The translations under genes and the position numbers were made by a program. A stretch of DNA of 63,999 bases, counting the filler, from Asterionella formosa (Eukaryota): assembly GCA_002256025.1 (NCBI GenBank). It is 6 parts of 6 records of this genome, joined end to end, with 100 filler letters (N's around TTAATTAATTAA, not from the genome) between each part and the next. Parts side by side here need not be neighbours in the genome. Positions count along the whole stretch, not along the records: positions 1 to 28,274 come from NKIB01001255.1; 5 more parts are not named here. One strand, given 5' to 3'. Numbering within the stretch: the first letter of the stretch is position 1; each line of letters begins with the position of its first letter. Below, in pieces: positions 1-12,676 of the stretch. The notes below the pieces were generated by a model. The model did no database searches. It saw only the letters and a program-made list of their open reading frames with translations, and was not told the DNA's origin.

Positions 1-1139
1 CTCCAGTTCCCTTCTTTGCTGATAGAGGTTTGTCATGTTTAGGACGACTTCCAGGCACAGTCTTGTTGAAGCCGCCTTCAGCAATGCAAGGCAAAACAAG
101 AAGGAGAGAAAGGGAAAAAATCCTCATGTAGATGATTCTTTGAATTCAAGTAGGAGATTTTGTGGGTGATGGAAATCATCGTGCATTCTTCCTGTGGCAT
201 GCAACCTCAGATATGAGTCGTGTTTGACAATCAAAGTTCCGGCTTTTCTTCATCACTAGAGCCCTGCAGGTTTTGTTAAAAAAAAATTGAACTTGAAATA
301 TATTAAGGTATGTTGGTCCTGAGGCGTTTTAAAATTCTGTTGGGCTTAGATTCTTCGACCTTCGCTCTCATTGGCTGTTGACATTTCCGACTGCGTGCCA
401 ACTGTCACGTCAGACATCACATCCTTTTCCAGAGTCCAGTATGACTGATATTTATAACATTGGTACTCGCTAAATCCAATATTTTACATGTGACGGGAGA
501 GCACTAATAGTACTCGACATTTGCCGTGATGGCTATAGCTATTCCTGCATACCACCACAGCAAAAAAGCGATTCAATTGTTAAGTCGTGGTGTCGAAAAG
601 ATTCTTGTCTAGAAAAGATTCTTGTTTCGAACGAAGATCCACATGCGCGCCTATACTTACCAGGTACCACCTCCGTTGGTGAATGTGCAAAGTGTTGAGT
701 ACTGGTACCTGGTACCAGGTACTGGTCGTACAGATGAGGAAATACTACATCAAGAAAAATGTGGAAAATACTACAGGTACCTGGTACCACCTAAAACCTG
801 CTTTGAACCTCTATTTCACTACCAATACGTTCGATCGATTAGTACGACTAAACACTGAAATACCGCTATTCCTTTCCATCATCTTTGGGTGCTCCAGATG
901 AAAGCGAGATGTGGGGGATTATGATTGGACAAACGATTCAACCAGATTCCATCGACAACAGAAGATATGAATTTTTCTAATGACGCATTTATCCATTATA
1001 GAGGTTCTAAGCGGTACATTAAAATATCTAAATACCGTAGAATTAATTTATGTTCTACAGGGGAGATGGATTACAACGTTTCATTAAAATAATTATGAAA
1101 TCACAAAAGAAATATATAATATAGTTCCTGCGATGAGAA

Positions 1140-1880
1140 TTTTTTGCTGAACACCGCTTCACAGCCCTGCACCCCCCTCCTCTCTTTCCACCTGCCTGGC
1201 CAATTCTTGTCTCATACAAGTTGCAACATACCTTTCAAGAGTTTGTTTGGAACGGCTACATCACCGTCATGTCTATACCAAAACACAAGGGTTCTCAACT
1301 CGGAAATGTTAATGGCTTCTTTACCTTTGGGCTTGCTCTCACAGTCTCCACGCGATGCAGAAGGGCATAATAGAGATTCTGGTCAGCTAACTCCTTGGCA
1401 GTTTGGACATTTGTTGTAATCTGTTTTGATTCAATCGCCTTGTCAAGCATTTCAGGACCCAATCTGCATGTGCCGCTTGTAAAAAGCATCCCTGAGGAAA
1501 GTGTCTTGTGATTGTCGATGGCTGTTTGTGCTGTTGCCTTTCGCTTTCGTATCTGCTCTGTCTCATTAACTCCATTCCTTGCACTCTCGCGATTTCGATG
1601 TTCAACAATTGAATATGTCAGCATTCCAGAAAGTTTGGTAGAAAGGTTCAAATCATGAGGGTGCATATTTGTGTTGCTAATTGGATGTTTTTCCCCACAA
1701 GATGTCAGCTGTATTTCTGACTCCAGCAAGCAATTGTAGTTGAGTGGTCCCCAGCCTCGTTCAGATATTGCGTGTCGATATTATCCCATTTTGGCAAAGG
1801 AGAATTGCCAAGCCGAATTTACAATGCTGATGATATCTGATTTTTGTTGATATTGAAATTGAGGCTACTTTGATTGCGCC
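1140..1880 (-). mobile_element. Degenerate pogo/Tc1-mariner (DDE_1) transposase, C-terminal relic
   Basis: Minus-strand translation with stops and frameshifts gives '...DIISIVNSAWQFSFA...HAISERGWGPLNYNCLLESEI...', then ORF 1295-1729. This resembles the C-terminal part of DDE_1 transposases. Ends are approximate. Confidence 0.45.
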
Positions 1881-4800
1881 CTTTGGCATTCCACCCCCAA
1901 CAGCAGAATTAGAAGCTTCAGTAGTTACAACTGCTGCCCTTGTAGTAACTCTACTATTAGCGAAATTGTTTCTCCAATCAAAATAGAAATCATAGTATCA
2001 GCAGCACACATGTCTTCAATGTTGTCCACCATATCTGTATTTGCTGGTGTCAGGGTAGATAAAGCTGAAGGAAAACAATTTGAGTTATCTTGGGTAGTGG
2101 CTGCTTCCCCCATAGCTCCCTTTGTTGTATGTGACAATGGCATCTTTGCTGTTCAACTTGCAAATCAGATGGTAAACTTTTCGTTTGTTAACCAAGGGAG
2201 AATCACCTGTCTTTTTCGACGATTTCCTTGACTGACCCATGGGTCAAAATGCCGTTATTGTTTGCCCTCTGAACCTCCAATTTTGACACTATGTTTGTGA
2301 GTATGAGATTCATCACCTCCCTATCAGAGATGGCATTGACATGATGTTTGTGATGAAACAAAATGGATTATATATTATTTGTCTGGTGGTGCACTTTTAT
2401 TGCATGTTGTAATGGGCGCACCATCAATTGACTCATTTGGTACAATTACTATGGGGCTAAATTAATATACTATGTGCGATCTAAATAAATATATGATAAT
2501 CAGCTTTACTTAATTCATGTATGTGTACATATGCCTGTATACTCCGAGATTTTTCCAAAACAGGTCGATTGACACTTTCAGGTAAAAATATTGATTACAA
2601 AAATGAATGTTCAGTGTAGCTCGTTCATACTTGGAGAGTGTTACATGCTCAGCTACAGATGGATCGCTCCAGATTTGTAAACTATCAGAAATTCGTTACA
2701 AAACGTGTTTTTCTATGTATAGAGGTTCAAAGCAGTTTTAGGTGGTACCGTATAATTCAGTGACCTGGCCCCCTTCAATGTACAATGCTGTGACTGAATT
2801 TCACTGACTTTATTTAAGGGGGAGGGAGGCAGAAAAATCAAGAGATTTCCCTGTAGGCTGGATGCAATTTTTGGGGCCACCGTGTAGACCCTGTACTTGT
2901 CATAGATTTTTCTTAATCCTTTGGCTTCACAGGCCCAGGTTACTCAATGCCTTCATCTGCAAGGAGTTCAGCCAAGCATGTTGGCTTCAAGAAAACCTCA
3001 ACCCCGATTTTCCTCACATGCTCCACCCATTGACTTCTTCATTGACGAAGTCGAGGTAGCTAAATTGACGACATCAGGTGGCGCAGGCTTGTGTATAGAT
3101 TGATGATGCTGAAAGTAATGCTTCCTTTTCCGGTAGGTACCTATTTGTCAACATTGTTTGTGTCAATCTATTCTTGTTCCTGCAAGACCAGAAGCAATTA
3201 TCCCTTTACTTCTCCTCCCAAGAACCTTCATTTCTCTTTCACAATTGTCCTGATGTTTGCAGAGCATTTTTAGTTCCCTTGTTTTGATTTTTCCACTGGT
3301 TTCGATCCCTTTTGCATTCAAGTCAAGAAACAAACAACTCATTGAGATTTCTGGAGGTTTTGGTCAGTGGCACCATAAAGCAAGCAACAATCAACAGATC
3401 ATGGCGGCTGTTCTCCATTTTCTGTAGCAAGTGACATTCAAGAAGGATCTGGGATCATTGGGGAGAAAAATTAGTAGGATTCTCTGTGTTTGCCCCCGCC
3501 CGTTTGGCATTCTACCATTGCTTCCTCTCAATCAATACTAGCTAGTAGTATAGCTAATGAAAACCGAAATTAGATGAAATGTGGCTTCAGTTTTCTAATA
3601 TTTTACATTGTTGCACTACTGAAACTTGAATCCATAAATGGGCATTCAACTTGTGCTTCTTGCATTTTTGCAGCATAGACTGACTGGTGGTCGATAGGCC
3701 AAAGTGTCTGGTTTTTTATGAACATCTACAAAGTAGTGCTTTTGTCGAGGTTTGTGTCTAAATCCAACTGTCGCCATCCATTGAGACATTGCAGATACAT
3801 CAAAGAATACGCTCCTGTCTTTAAATGAAAGGAACTAGAACAATGACAAAGGAAATCTGATGAGACATGAAAATTACGAAACCAGAATCACTCAGTTACC
3901 ATAAATGGACAGTCTCATGCTTCTTTGTGAATATCGCCTGCTATGCTGCATTTCAATTCTAGATGTATTACGTTCTTGTTAGAGAGACGATGTTACGGAG
4001 AAGTAGATTGTGCTGTTCTATAATGGATGTTGTTTAGCTATGATTGAGGTTGTAACACTGATTGATGCTCTGGTGACAGACCGGCCGGAAATATTCGTCT
4101 TGTGTGATGTGATGTGAGGTGCCATTTCGTTTTCATTGGATTTCTTTTCAAGCTCTTAACGGATTGCATAGTACGAACATACTGTGCAATGTAGATGATG
4201 ATTCATCGAAAACATATGATGACTTGAACGACAAATGAAGATTTTATCACAAACACTCGCTCCTTTCGACAAGGCTGGTTTGTCGTTGTTGCAAGAATCA
4301 GAGTGAGGACTGGCGAGGATGATGAGCCAAACCACATTACTTTAACTGGTACATTGTCCTACCAAGAAATTTAAATAAAGGAACCTAAAAGAAACAATAC
4401 ATATAATAATTAAATTTCCATTGTCAAAAGGGTTACTATTTAAATTACGAGGGCATTTATCAAAATTATTAGATGATATAACAAAAAATTATGATCAGAT
4501 GATCATATTCCTATGATGCATCAGGGAAATATGATGGTTTTTATTTGCAGACGAATTTTGAATCAAAGGAGACTTTTTCTCAACAATCATGCGATGCCAC
4601 TTTTTAATAGCTCTCGATAGAGTCCGATTTTTACCCAGTCAAATGTTTAGAGACTAATATCATATCTCCTTCAATTGAAAAATAGGCACCATAATTCCGA
4701 TTTATCATTTTTATCCGATAATTCACCTAACTCATGCACTATTGTGTATTCAAAATACTTTTCTTGATTCATTTCTGGACATTTCGAATGTACCAAGGAA

Positions 4801-5199
4801 AGGCAACCCCTTTTCTCCTGGATAAAGATATGGTAATTCTTTCAAGTTCTCGTTCTTATTCAGTGCTTAATGATCAGTGCACTTAGGATGATCCAGTAGA
4901 TTCGATTTTTCTCTTTTTATGTTCTTTATCTTCTGGAACTGTACTCCCAAACCGGAGGCCTGGTGCGTTTTTACAGAGTAGGTGTCATTTTGTTGACCAG
5001 TGTTGCTGTCGTGGTGGAAAAAGTCTTTTTCCTTTGTTGTGACGCTTTCTGCCAATAAAAATAATGACAAAGCAATTTGAATGCTTAGTGTGATGCACAT
5101 CTTTGCAGAGACACAAAAAGTCTAAATGTTTTGACATTATGATTGAGTTATACCTGTGAAATGTATCTCTGTAAAGATTCAGTTTTTCTGAAGACACAA

Positions 5200-5383
5200 T
5201 AGAAATTAAACTGTATCTCTGTTAAGATTGTAAAGTTAAATTTATTTTTTATGTCAGATAAGTAATTTCAAATATTTCAATAAACACAGCGCATTGATGA
5301 TATTATGTATCAAATCACCAAAATAATGTGTGCTATACTACAACACACATGATAAAATATTTCTTTATTATCAGAGCGCGCCC
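5200..5383. mobile_element. Right end (subterminal region + TIR) of the GGGCGCGCTCTGATAATAA TIR family
   Basis: Ends in ...cacatgataaaatatttctttattatcagagcgcgccc. About 170 bp align by eye with 57965-58129. Confidence 0.7.
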
Positions 5384-5639
5384 ACACTATCCTCGCTGAT
5401 GTCATCGATCCATTTAAAATGAATGTGATGTTTTCGCTTCGGTTGTGCTGCTGTGAGAGTACCGGTGTGGTACCTGGTACCAGGGTACCGGTACTACCGG
5501 TATACCTGACACGAGACTGGTACCAGGAACCAGGTAGTATGAGACATGAGATGGTGTCATGTGAACCCTGTTGTCACCGTCAAAGTCCACGAAAGGCAGG
5601 TAGCTCTGGTCAAACAAGTGCCAGGCATTCATCTTGAAA

Positions 5640-6362
5640 ATGCAGATCTTGCACTACCTCCTTATCAGCGGTGCTGCCGCCTATAATCTGCCCTCCAACA
5701 TTGGAGTTTCCCGCCAACAAGGCACCTTGATCGAAGAATCCAGAGCCGACTTCCTATCTAAAGCAGCCTTAACTACCGTCTTTTCTGTCCTTGCTAGCGT
5801 CCAACCTGTTGGTGCTCGTGGTCGTGCGACTCTAGAAGCGTCATATGAACGATACATCCCCCGCATCAGTGCAGGTGGCACATTCTTTGCCACTGATCTT
5901 CGTAAGGCCATCGAGAAGAACGATTGGAATAGCATCAAGCTTGCTACCCAGGAACCTCCGAAAAAGTCCAAGTCGGACCGTTCCAAGCTTGACGGCGGCA
6001 CTGCCGAACGTGCGGCCCAAGCTGGAGGCTTCTCAGACGCGCGTGTATTGGCGGCTGCCGACCTGTTTGCTGCGTCCTTTTCTGACAATTCAATCTCAGC
6101 CAAAACTAAGAAAATGACAGAACAAGTGGCGATCCTTCGATCTGTTGTACAAGATATGAATCTAGCTGCTCGTCAAGGTCTTGGAGAAGATACTAGTAGT
6201 GGTGGATTTTTCGGAATTGCCGACAAGAAGCCGTCGCAGGCTGAGCTTGCCAAGCGTGTTAGAGAGTTGTATGTTGAAGGTGGTACTGCATGGAATCAGT
6301 ACACCTTTGCGGCAAATGATGAGTTACCCTTGTCACTTCCCAAGCTAGCTTACTTGAAATAA
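5640..6362 (+). CDS. Plastid-targeted, probably thylakoid-lumen protein of unknown function (240 aa)
   Basis: ATG at 5640 (the ORF track starts at TTG 5634). Signal peptide MQILHYLLISGAAA|YNL, a transit peptide, then a Tat-like lumen signal SRADFLSKAALTTVFSVLASVQPVGA|. The mature part looks helical. Confidence 0.8.
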   Translation: MQILHYLLISGAAAYNLPSNIGVSRQQGTLIEESRADFLSKAALTTVFSVLASVQPVGARGRATLEASYERYIPRISAGGTFFATDLRKAIEKNDWNSIKLATQEPPKKSKSDRSKLDGGTAERAAQAGGFSDARVLAAADLFAASFSDNSISAKTKKMTEQVAILRSVVQDMNLAARQGLGEDTSSGGFFGIADKKPSQAELAKRVRELYVEGGTAWNQYTFAANDELPLSLPKLAYLK

Positions 6363-7703
6363 TAGATGTCAGGCGCCATGTAGCGTTCTTGGTCCTTGTT
6401 TTGTCCAACAAAGATAATAGAAAATCCAACCTAGGTTGAGCTATCTCCAATGTCCTCTCCCTCGCTTCGAACATAAATCTTTAGATCAAACTAGATGGTA
6501 AGTTTCAGCATGTCACCTGCAATTTTGTGAGGTCACAAGAAGAGTCAAATTTAACAAATACATAATAAGTTCTGCAAACAGCTTCATGTGAGTAGAATTT
6601 GGTGTGTTCGACAAGGCCCACAACAAGCATGACAAAGGAGCAGGTGGATAAGTTGCACCGAAAAACACATTTCCAGTAGTACCGACAATACACCTCAGTA
6701 AATCCTCACTTGCACCCGAGTACAAACGCACCAACTACCAGTAAATGAACTACTGGTAGCTACGTAGTGCGCAGTACAATTCTTTAGGGGGTAAATACGT
6801 TTGTACCAGTACCAACTCCCTCCGTCCAATAACAGCTGCATCGATTCGCTAGCACCACTTTGTCTTCACTGTTTGCATAGAAAGGATTATGTAGCCAACA
6901 TACTATTTTTCTACATGAGGGTAGCCATACTCGAAAAAATGCGTTTTCAATGAGTTACATAGGTGTGAACATATACTCCATTTCTGTATGTATTTAAACT
7001 CCCTCTGCAGCACTGTCATTCTTTCTAGTCGATGACTTTTTATGATGTTCACATGATGATTTTGGACCCACAGTGATAAGTGAATGTACTTGGAAAGGCA
7101 TGAAACGATGGCACCTTTGCCAATAATCAATTTTGTTTTTGTGCCATCCTGTATAGATATTTTTGATATTTTTTGGCAGGCAGACTTCTCATGTATCTGA
7201 GATTGTTTTAACCTATAAAAGCTTGTTGCCATTCATACCAACAGAATCCTACAGTTCAGTCGATTTAGATTAACTTTCAGAAATGAAATATCTGTTGAAT
7301 TGAGCTACTGTAGAGGCAAGGGATTGAAAAACTAGACTGAATCCAGTCCTTTAGGCGGAAATCAGTCTAGCCAAAAAGAACCTTATGCATATGGTTGCAT
7401 GTACCAGAACCAGGTACAGTGCCTGGTACCATAGTGTCTTGTCTGCATCGAAAGAGGGCGTACATTGAACCCTTGGTAGTCTACTTAAGGTAATACACGA
7501 CTGCCGGGGCTGCGAGAAGGTCAACCTGCGAGGGCCTCCCAAGCCGAGTACATAAGATTACGAGTAGGCAGACTCCTCACGAGTAGGGTATTGCCTAGGC
7601 AATTCACAAACTAGCTATCGGCGCGCTTTTCGCCACTACATTGCCCTTTAAGTTAACATTGAAAACCTATTTTAAATAGTTTTTATGTTGGATGCGAACT
7701 AGC

Positions 7704-7813
7704 CAATTGCCCATCATATATAACATATTTTGTGTATTTCATATGTACAGTTTTTGGATTGCTCAATCCTGCAATTGCCCATCATATAAAACATATTTTG
7801 TATATTTCATATG
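7704..7813. repeat. Direct duplication of a ~40-bp unit
   Basis: caattgcccatcatata(t/a)aacatattttgt(g/a)tatttcatatg occurs at ~7705 and ~7772. Confidence 0.75.
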
Positions 7814-10127
7814 CTCCGTTTTTCGACTGCCAAACTACCTTCAATATTTCCAATAGCCCCTACATTTTATTGCTGAAATCGACTGCCGTTTATTTATGGG
7901 AATTTGATTACTGATCTCTATAGCCCCTCAATTGACTGCCGAAATTGGAGGAGAGTAGGAGGAGCTATATGAAGGCATAAAATGTTGGTTTTCTTTAAAG
8001 TGTCAACAGCAATTCCACTATTTACATCCCTGCTATCTTCCAGCATGCTCCGATGTATACAAAATCTGGTCATTGATGTCTCAAACATCGACTCTTCATC
8101 AAATGGATCTGGCTGGTTGTTGGATAATTCGACTTCTTATGGGATTCATATCGTCGCATTGTGCTTGCTTCGTCACAGTGGCGCCAAAATTTCGGTTCCC
8201 CTTTCTGTTGATTTCCGATAGCCTTTCCGGTAAACTCCTTTGCTAGATTTTATATGTAGTGATAAATAAATTAATGATTGTTCAGAAGCGACCTCAATCA
8301 GTTGTTGGGTATCAAAACTCGAAACGTTATGGTAGGTCAAAGTTAGGCTTCCATTCGTCATTGAACCGGTATTTTCGTCAGATATGATCAGCCGTTAAAT
8401 TTTAACTTTAATTTTGTAGTATGTTTTCTACGTGTTCTAAACTGTCTCAAATCAGATCTCGGCAGCAAGTTTTATTGCTCATGGGTTGGCCTTTTTCCGC
8501 TGCCCTACAATAGCATTGTTTCATTGCTTTCTAATCACAATATTGCTTTTGTTACTTCAGCATAATCTTCTACAATGACAATGAAAAGTCGTCAATCTCA
8601 ATGAGCTATTGCAAACTCCGCAAAGCAGCCGGAACATGATGGAACCGGTGTTCTGCATTAACTCGTATTCAACAAGGAAGAGAGGACAGGTATGTGCTTG
8701 TTGATTGTTGTTGTCATATTTAAGTTCCCGCCATGGTTGGTCAAGTATACTGATTATGAAACATATTTCTTCCTCTTCAGAATGTTGATGAAGGCCATTG
8801 TCATGTTACTCCTCCACTTCGTGATGATGCAACAAATCATTATCCACTGGTCAAACCAGCTTGTCCAATGAGGTGAAATATGTGGCCAGTTGTTTGTTGT
8901 TTTCATGAGGTATAATAAATACACACTTCCATTATTCTTTTCCTGTTTCCCAATGCTAGCAAGCCACTTTTATCAAAACTCGCACAAAGATTGCAAAGTC
9001 TTCAGGACGCAAACAATGTGGGCAACATATCTCGCCAGCACCAACAACATATCACTCCATTGCTCCCTATCAACCTAATCAAAACTGTCCTCCTCAATTT
9101 TCCAAGCCACAAACGCCCACATCAGCCTGTAAATTTTCGACACATCCTGCTCCTCCTCCTGCCGGATACTACCAGAAGTCTGCATCGCCAGCACCAAACC
9201 TCCACTATCAGGCTGTTGCTCCTCCAACACCTCTGCAACCACAAGTCCGAATCAATACAGAAACCAGCACTGCCTCTAAATCCATTCAGGCATCGGTTTC
9301 TGTTCCTCCAGGCCCAATCTGAACATTTCTGAATTTTTTGTTGTTGCAACAACAAAAAAGTGTGAGTTGACAATTGTTAATGAAAATGCATTGACAAATT
9401 TCACACGATTTTTCCGCTGACCCATTTTCTTTTTCACTTTTTATTTCTACTCCCTGCTTGTCATTTTCACGTCTTATCTTTCGATTTCCATTTCATACTT
9501 TGGTTGCTTAACAACATTGTGTCGAATTTTCGATGCTTGTTACAATCATTCTTGTGTGCTATTTTTTCATGCATATACCGATACCAGTATATTTGGTGGT
9601 CCATGCATTTTTGATGTGTCCAAACTTTTTCCCATGAATATTCTACTCCTGGCGTTGCTCGATGGTCCCTGCTGCTCAAACCTAAAATTGACTGCCGAAA
9701 AATCCACTGTGCCCCATATTGCCCCTAAATGAAAAAATTACTTAAAGAAAACCAAAATTTACTTAGACACCCACAGTTCTCATCTCTCATCGAAAAGCAA
9801 GACGATAGCTAGGGTTGCCTGTATACAACAAGCTACAGGAACAACCGGTGTGGTGGCTAGAATACTACGCACTCCCCTCCCCTGCATATCATGATCTGCG
9901 CAGACAGAAACACAAAATTGTGGTTCACTAACATCACCCAGGTGGTCGAACTTGATATCAGGCAACCACTTTTGCTGACCTGTGTTTGAGGTTAATTAAG
10001 GTTTGCCTTTTCCCTTCTCTTGCTCCAAGGAAAGAATCTGGTTTCAAAGATTCATTTAGTGATCAAGCATTTCCTCTTGGGAACGAGTACGAAAGGATAG
10101 AACCAGTGTCTGCCTTTCAGCGTCATC

Positions 10128-10816
10128 ATGTCAGTAAGATCAGTTTTTATTGTCGTGGCACTTGCTAGTGCCATGACCTTGTCATCCGCATTTCAAATGA
10201 GACCGAACAACAGACAAGCAATGTCATCATTAAGCATCATACGAGCGGCTCCTGATCCAGATCAACCATCAGCTCAAACTGGTGGCCGAGAGTTCTGGAT
10301 CAATCAGCAGGCGCTCCTTGAAGATCTTGGAGCAATTGCTGATAAATCTCAGCGCAAGTGAGTATACAGAATCCACGAACAAAAGGGAGTATTCCGCTAC
10401 CAATTGAACATCTTACACATGCACAATTATTCTCACGCAGAGAAGACAAGCAAACTTTTGCAAAGCGCCGACTCGGTCTTGTTTCCGATACTGCGTATTT
10501 TATTGTGTTAATCTTTGCAGCGTTATGGAGCGTTTCTGATTCTCCATTGACACCCATATCCTACGTATTCGGATCTATTTTTGGTTTAGCCTACTCCTTT
10601 GGGCTGGGAAAGTATGTAGAGACCATTGGTGGAAGTGCGTTCGAGGAAGGTGCGATTGAAGGTGCAGGAGTAGGTCAAGCACGGTTTGCTTTCTTAATTG
10701 CGCTGTTCATAATTGTTGGTAGGGTCCCTGCCTTGCAGGAAATCCCAGCTATCGCCGGCTTCTTCACTTACCAGCTTGGTTCATTGAGTCAAGGTCTGAA
10801 GGAAATAAATGATTAG
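10128..10816 (+). CDS. CGL160: CGL160/Atp1 (ATP synthase protein I-like) plastid ATP synthase assembly factor; 2 exons
   Basis: Exons 10128-10357 and 10441-10816, with a GT-AG intron at 10358-10440 and the frame preserved (RK|EDK). Presequence ...LSSA|FQ. The four-TM C-terminus 'SYVFGSIFGLAYSFGLGKYVETIG...QARFAFLIALFIIVGR..LQEIPAIAGFFTYQ' matches the cyanobacterial Atp1/plant CGL160 pattern. Confidence 0.8.
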
Positions 10817-11066
10817 AATGAAGGGGTCAGGTTCGTCCCCTTTATATGACCTGAGAGTGACGAATCCGTATGGAACGCAGACAGCAGCACAACTAGACAC
10901 AAAGTTATTTGATTTCAACCCCCGTTGCCTTTCTTTTTATGATGCTACATATATATGATAATTGTGACGATTCTGTTTCGAGTGTGCTTGACTTTCATGA
11001 ATGGTTTCTCGCCGCCCTCGGCAAGGGGAAACCCAATCTTGCAGATCTGGGAAGCAGGTGACCCCC

Positions 11067-12171
11067 TTAATGACTATTCTTGTATGACTCCATGGCTCGT
11101 TCGTAGCGGGCCTTGTCCGCAATTGCCCTGTCATCCCATTTCTTTCTTTCGCTGTCCGAGAGAGCCTTGTACTGGGATGAGATGATCTTGGCAATATCTC
11201 CGAAACCAGCTTCAGGATTCTCCTCTTTGACTGTAGGACGGATTTCGACAGAATAAAGGAAGTAGGCAGACATGTTGCGCTTTGGCAAGTTAGGGTCCTT
11301 CTTTGCCTTCTTGCTACGCTTGCCGGTAGGCTCCTCGTCCTCATCAGGTACCCAGGTCTTCATTTCCTCCTGGTAACGAGCCTTATCCTTCTCAGCCTTC
11401 TTGTCCCACTTTTTTTTCTCAGAAGGGCTAAGTTCCTTGAACTGCTTGGATAGAATACGAGCCTGGTCAAAAGAGTTTGTTTCGAAAAAGCCGGGTTAGG
11501 AATTGTAGAGTCGAAGAAGTCGTTGATGTGAGTCACGCATTAAAAGCCAGCTGGCGATCAAGACATGACGAGAACGCAAAATATATTTCATGTAAAGCAA
11601 AAAGTCATTGAAACTGCAAAACAACGCAAATGTACTTGCCCCCTGTAGAAATGTACGAGGAATAAAAAAATCAAGCCAAATACCGGCACGTTGTTTGTGC
11701 TGCTCCTTGCTTGCCTCGCGATGTTGCTCTCTCCCGTGTTCCCTCGCGTCCCGCGATGATTGATTGCCTGTTCCCCACGGCAGAACACGGTCACACACAA
11801 AGCACGAGAGGTGCAGATCACATGACGACGGCATATCATCACAGCAGCAATCAACAATATCTCAACTTCCCATTCACACAGCATTCAATGCACATCAGAA
11901 TCAATACAAAACGTTCCCAACTGTTCCAGTAGATGGGAGGGAGCGGCATTTCTTTACTTACAATGTCTCCGAACGAAACCTCTGGGTTCTCCTCCTTGAC
12001 CTGGGCTCTGAAGCCCTGAGAGTAAAGGAAGAAGGCGCTCATGTTGCGCTTGGGCTTGGTGCTGTTCTTTTTGCTGCCCGCTCGCTTCTTCTTAGGAGCC
12101 GCAACTTCTTCGTCCATGTCGTCTTCCTCGTCTTCACTCAAATCATCATCATCGTAATCGTTAGGAGCCAT
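11067..12171 (-). CDS. HMG-box protein with two HMG boxes (HMGB/NHP6-like); 2 exons
   Basis: Exons 12171-11962 and 11462-11067, with a GT-AG intron at 11961-11463 (FGDI|ARIL). Two PKRNMSA(F/Y)FLYS...ENPE..FGDIA.I.S...K.LS..E.KKWD..A..DKARY..M boxes and an acidic N-terminus. Confidence 0.92.
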
Positions 12172-12676
12172 TTTTGTAGTGATTTCAATAACGAAGCTTT
12201 TCAAACTTATTGCTGGGATCTGTTAGGTATGTTAGTAGTCGATTCAGAAGAAATCAACAAGAAAACGCAACGGTATTGGGATCTCAAAGATGGTGAGAAG
12301 TGACAATCCGGCAAAACATCGAAAAAGGCTCTGGTTCGCCCAAAGCACGAGAAATTTCCGTGGTACTCTATACACGGAGCAATCGCGTAGAAAGAGCAGG
12401 CCAGATTCAGTCGATTGTTGCTACTTTCACCTGGCGCGGCGGAAGCAACAGCTGTCGTGACACTCCCTACAATTCATACTGCAATTTCCTGGCGCGGGTT
12501 GAGCTACGTTTTAATATTTTAAAATAGAACTCGATCCTTGTTTCGGCAGTATGTGTGGCGGCCTTTCCCAGTGGCGATACATTGTTGATGTATGCCGCGC
12601 CGCATTCCGCATTCCTCTATCCCTATTTTCATACCTTTTGGGAATTCACCTAAATATCGAAACCGATACATTCACC
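12172..12676. promoter_or_regulatory. Probable bidirectional promoter between the HMG and EAF6 genes
   Basis: 505 bp lie between the divergent ATGs. The region contains two copies of cctggcgcgg (~12431, ~12488), an E2F-like TGGCGC core. Function is inferred. Confidence 0.45.

Noticed and set aside
3380..3960. Exon/intron-like decayed gene on the minus strand (similar case at 13860-14340)
   Set aside because: In-frame stops and no recognisable family.
7600..9730. Possible DNA transposon with repeated gactgccgaaa motifs and broken ORFs
   Set aside because: I could not identify TIRs, a TSD or catalytic motifs with confidence.
11700..11845. C/D-box snoRNA call in the HMG intron
   Set aside because: A box C-like GTGATGA is present but no CTGA box D was found downstream. 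Kept only as a structured-RNA candidate.
11764..12303. 179-aa plus-strand ORF
   Set aside because: It is the antisense shadow of HMG exon 1 and its intron.
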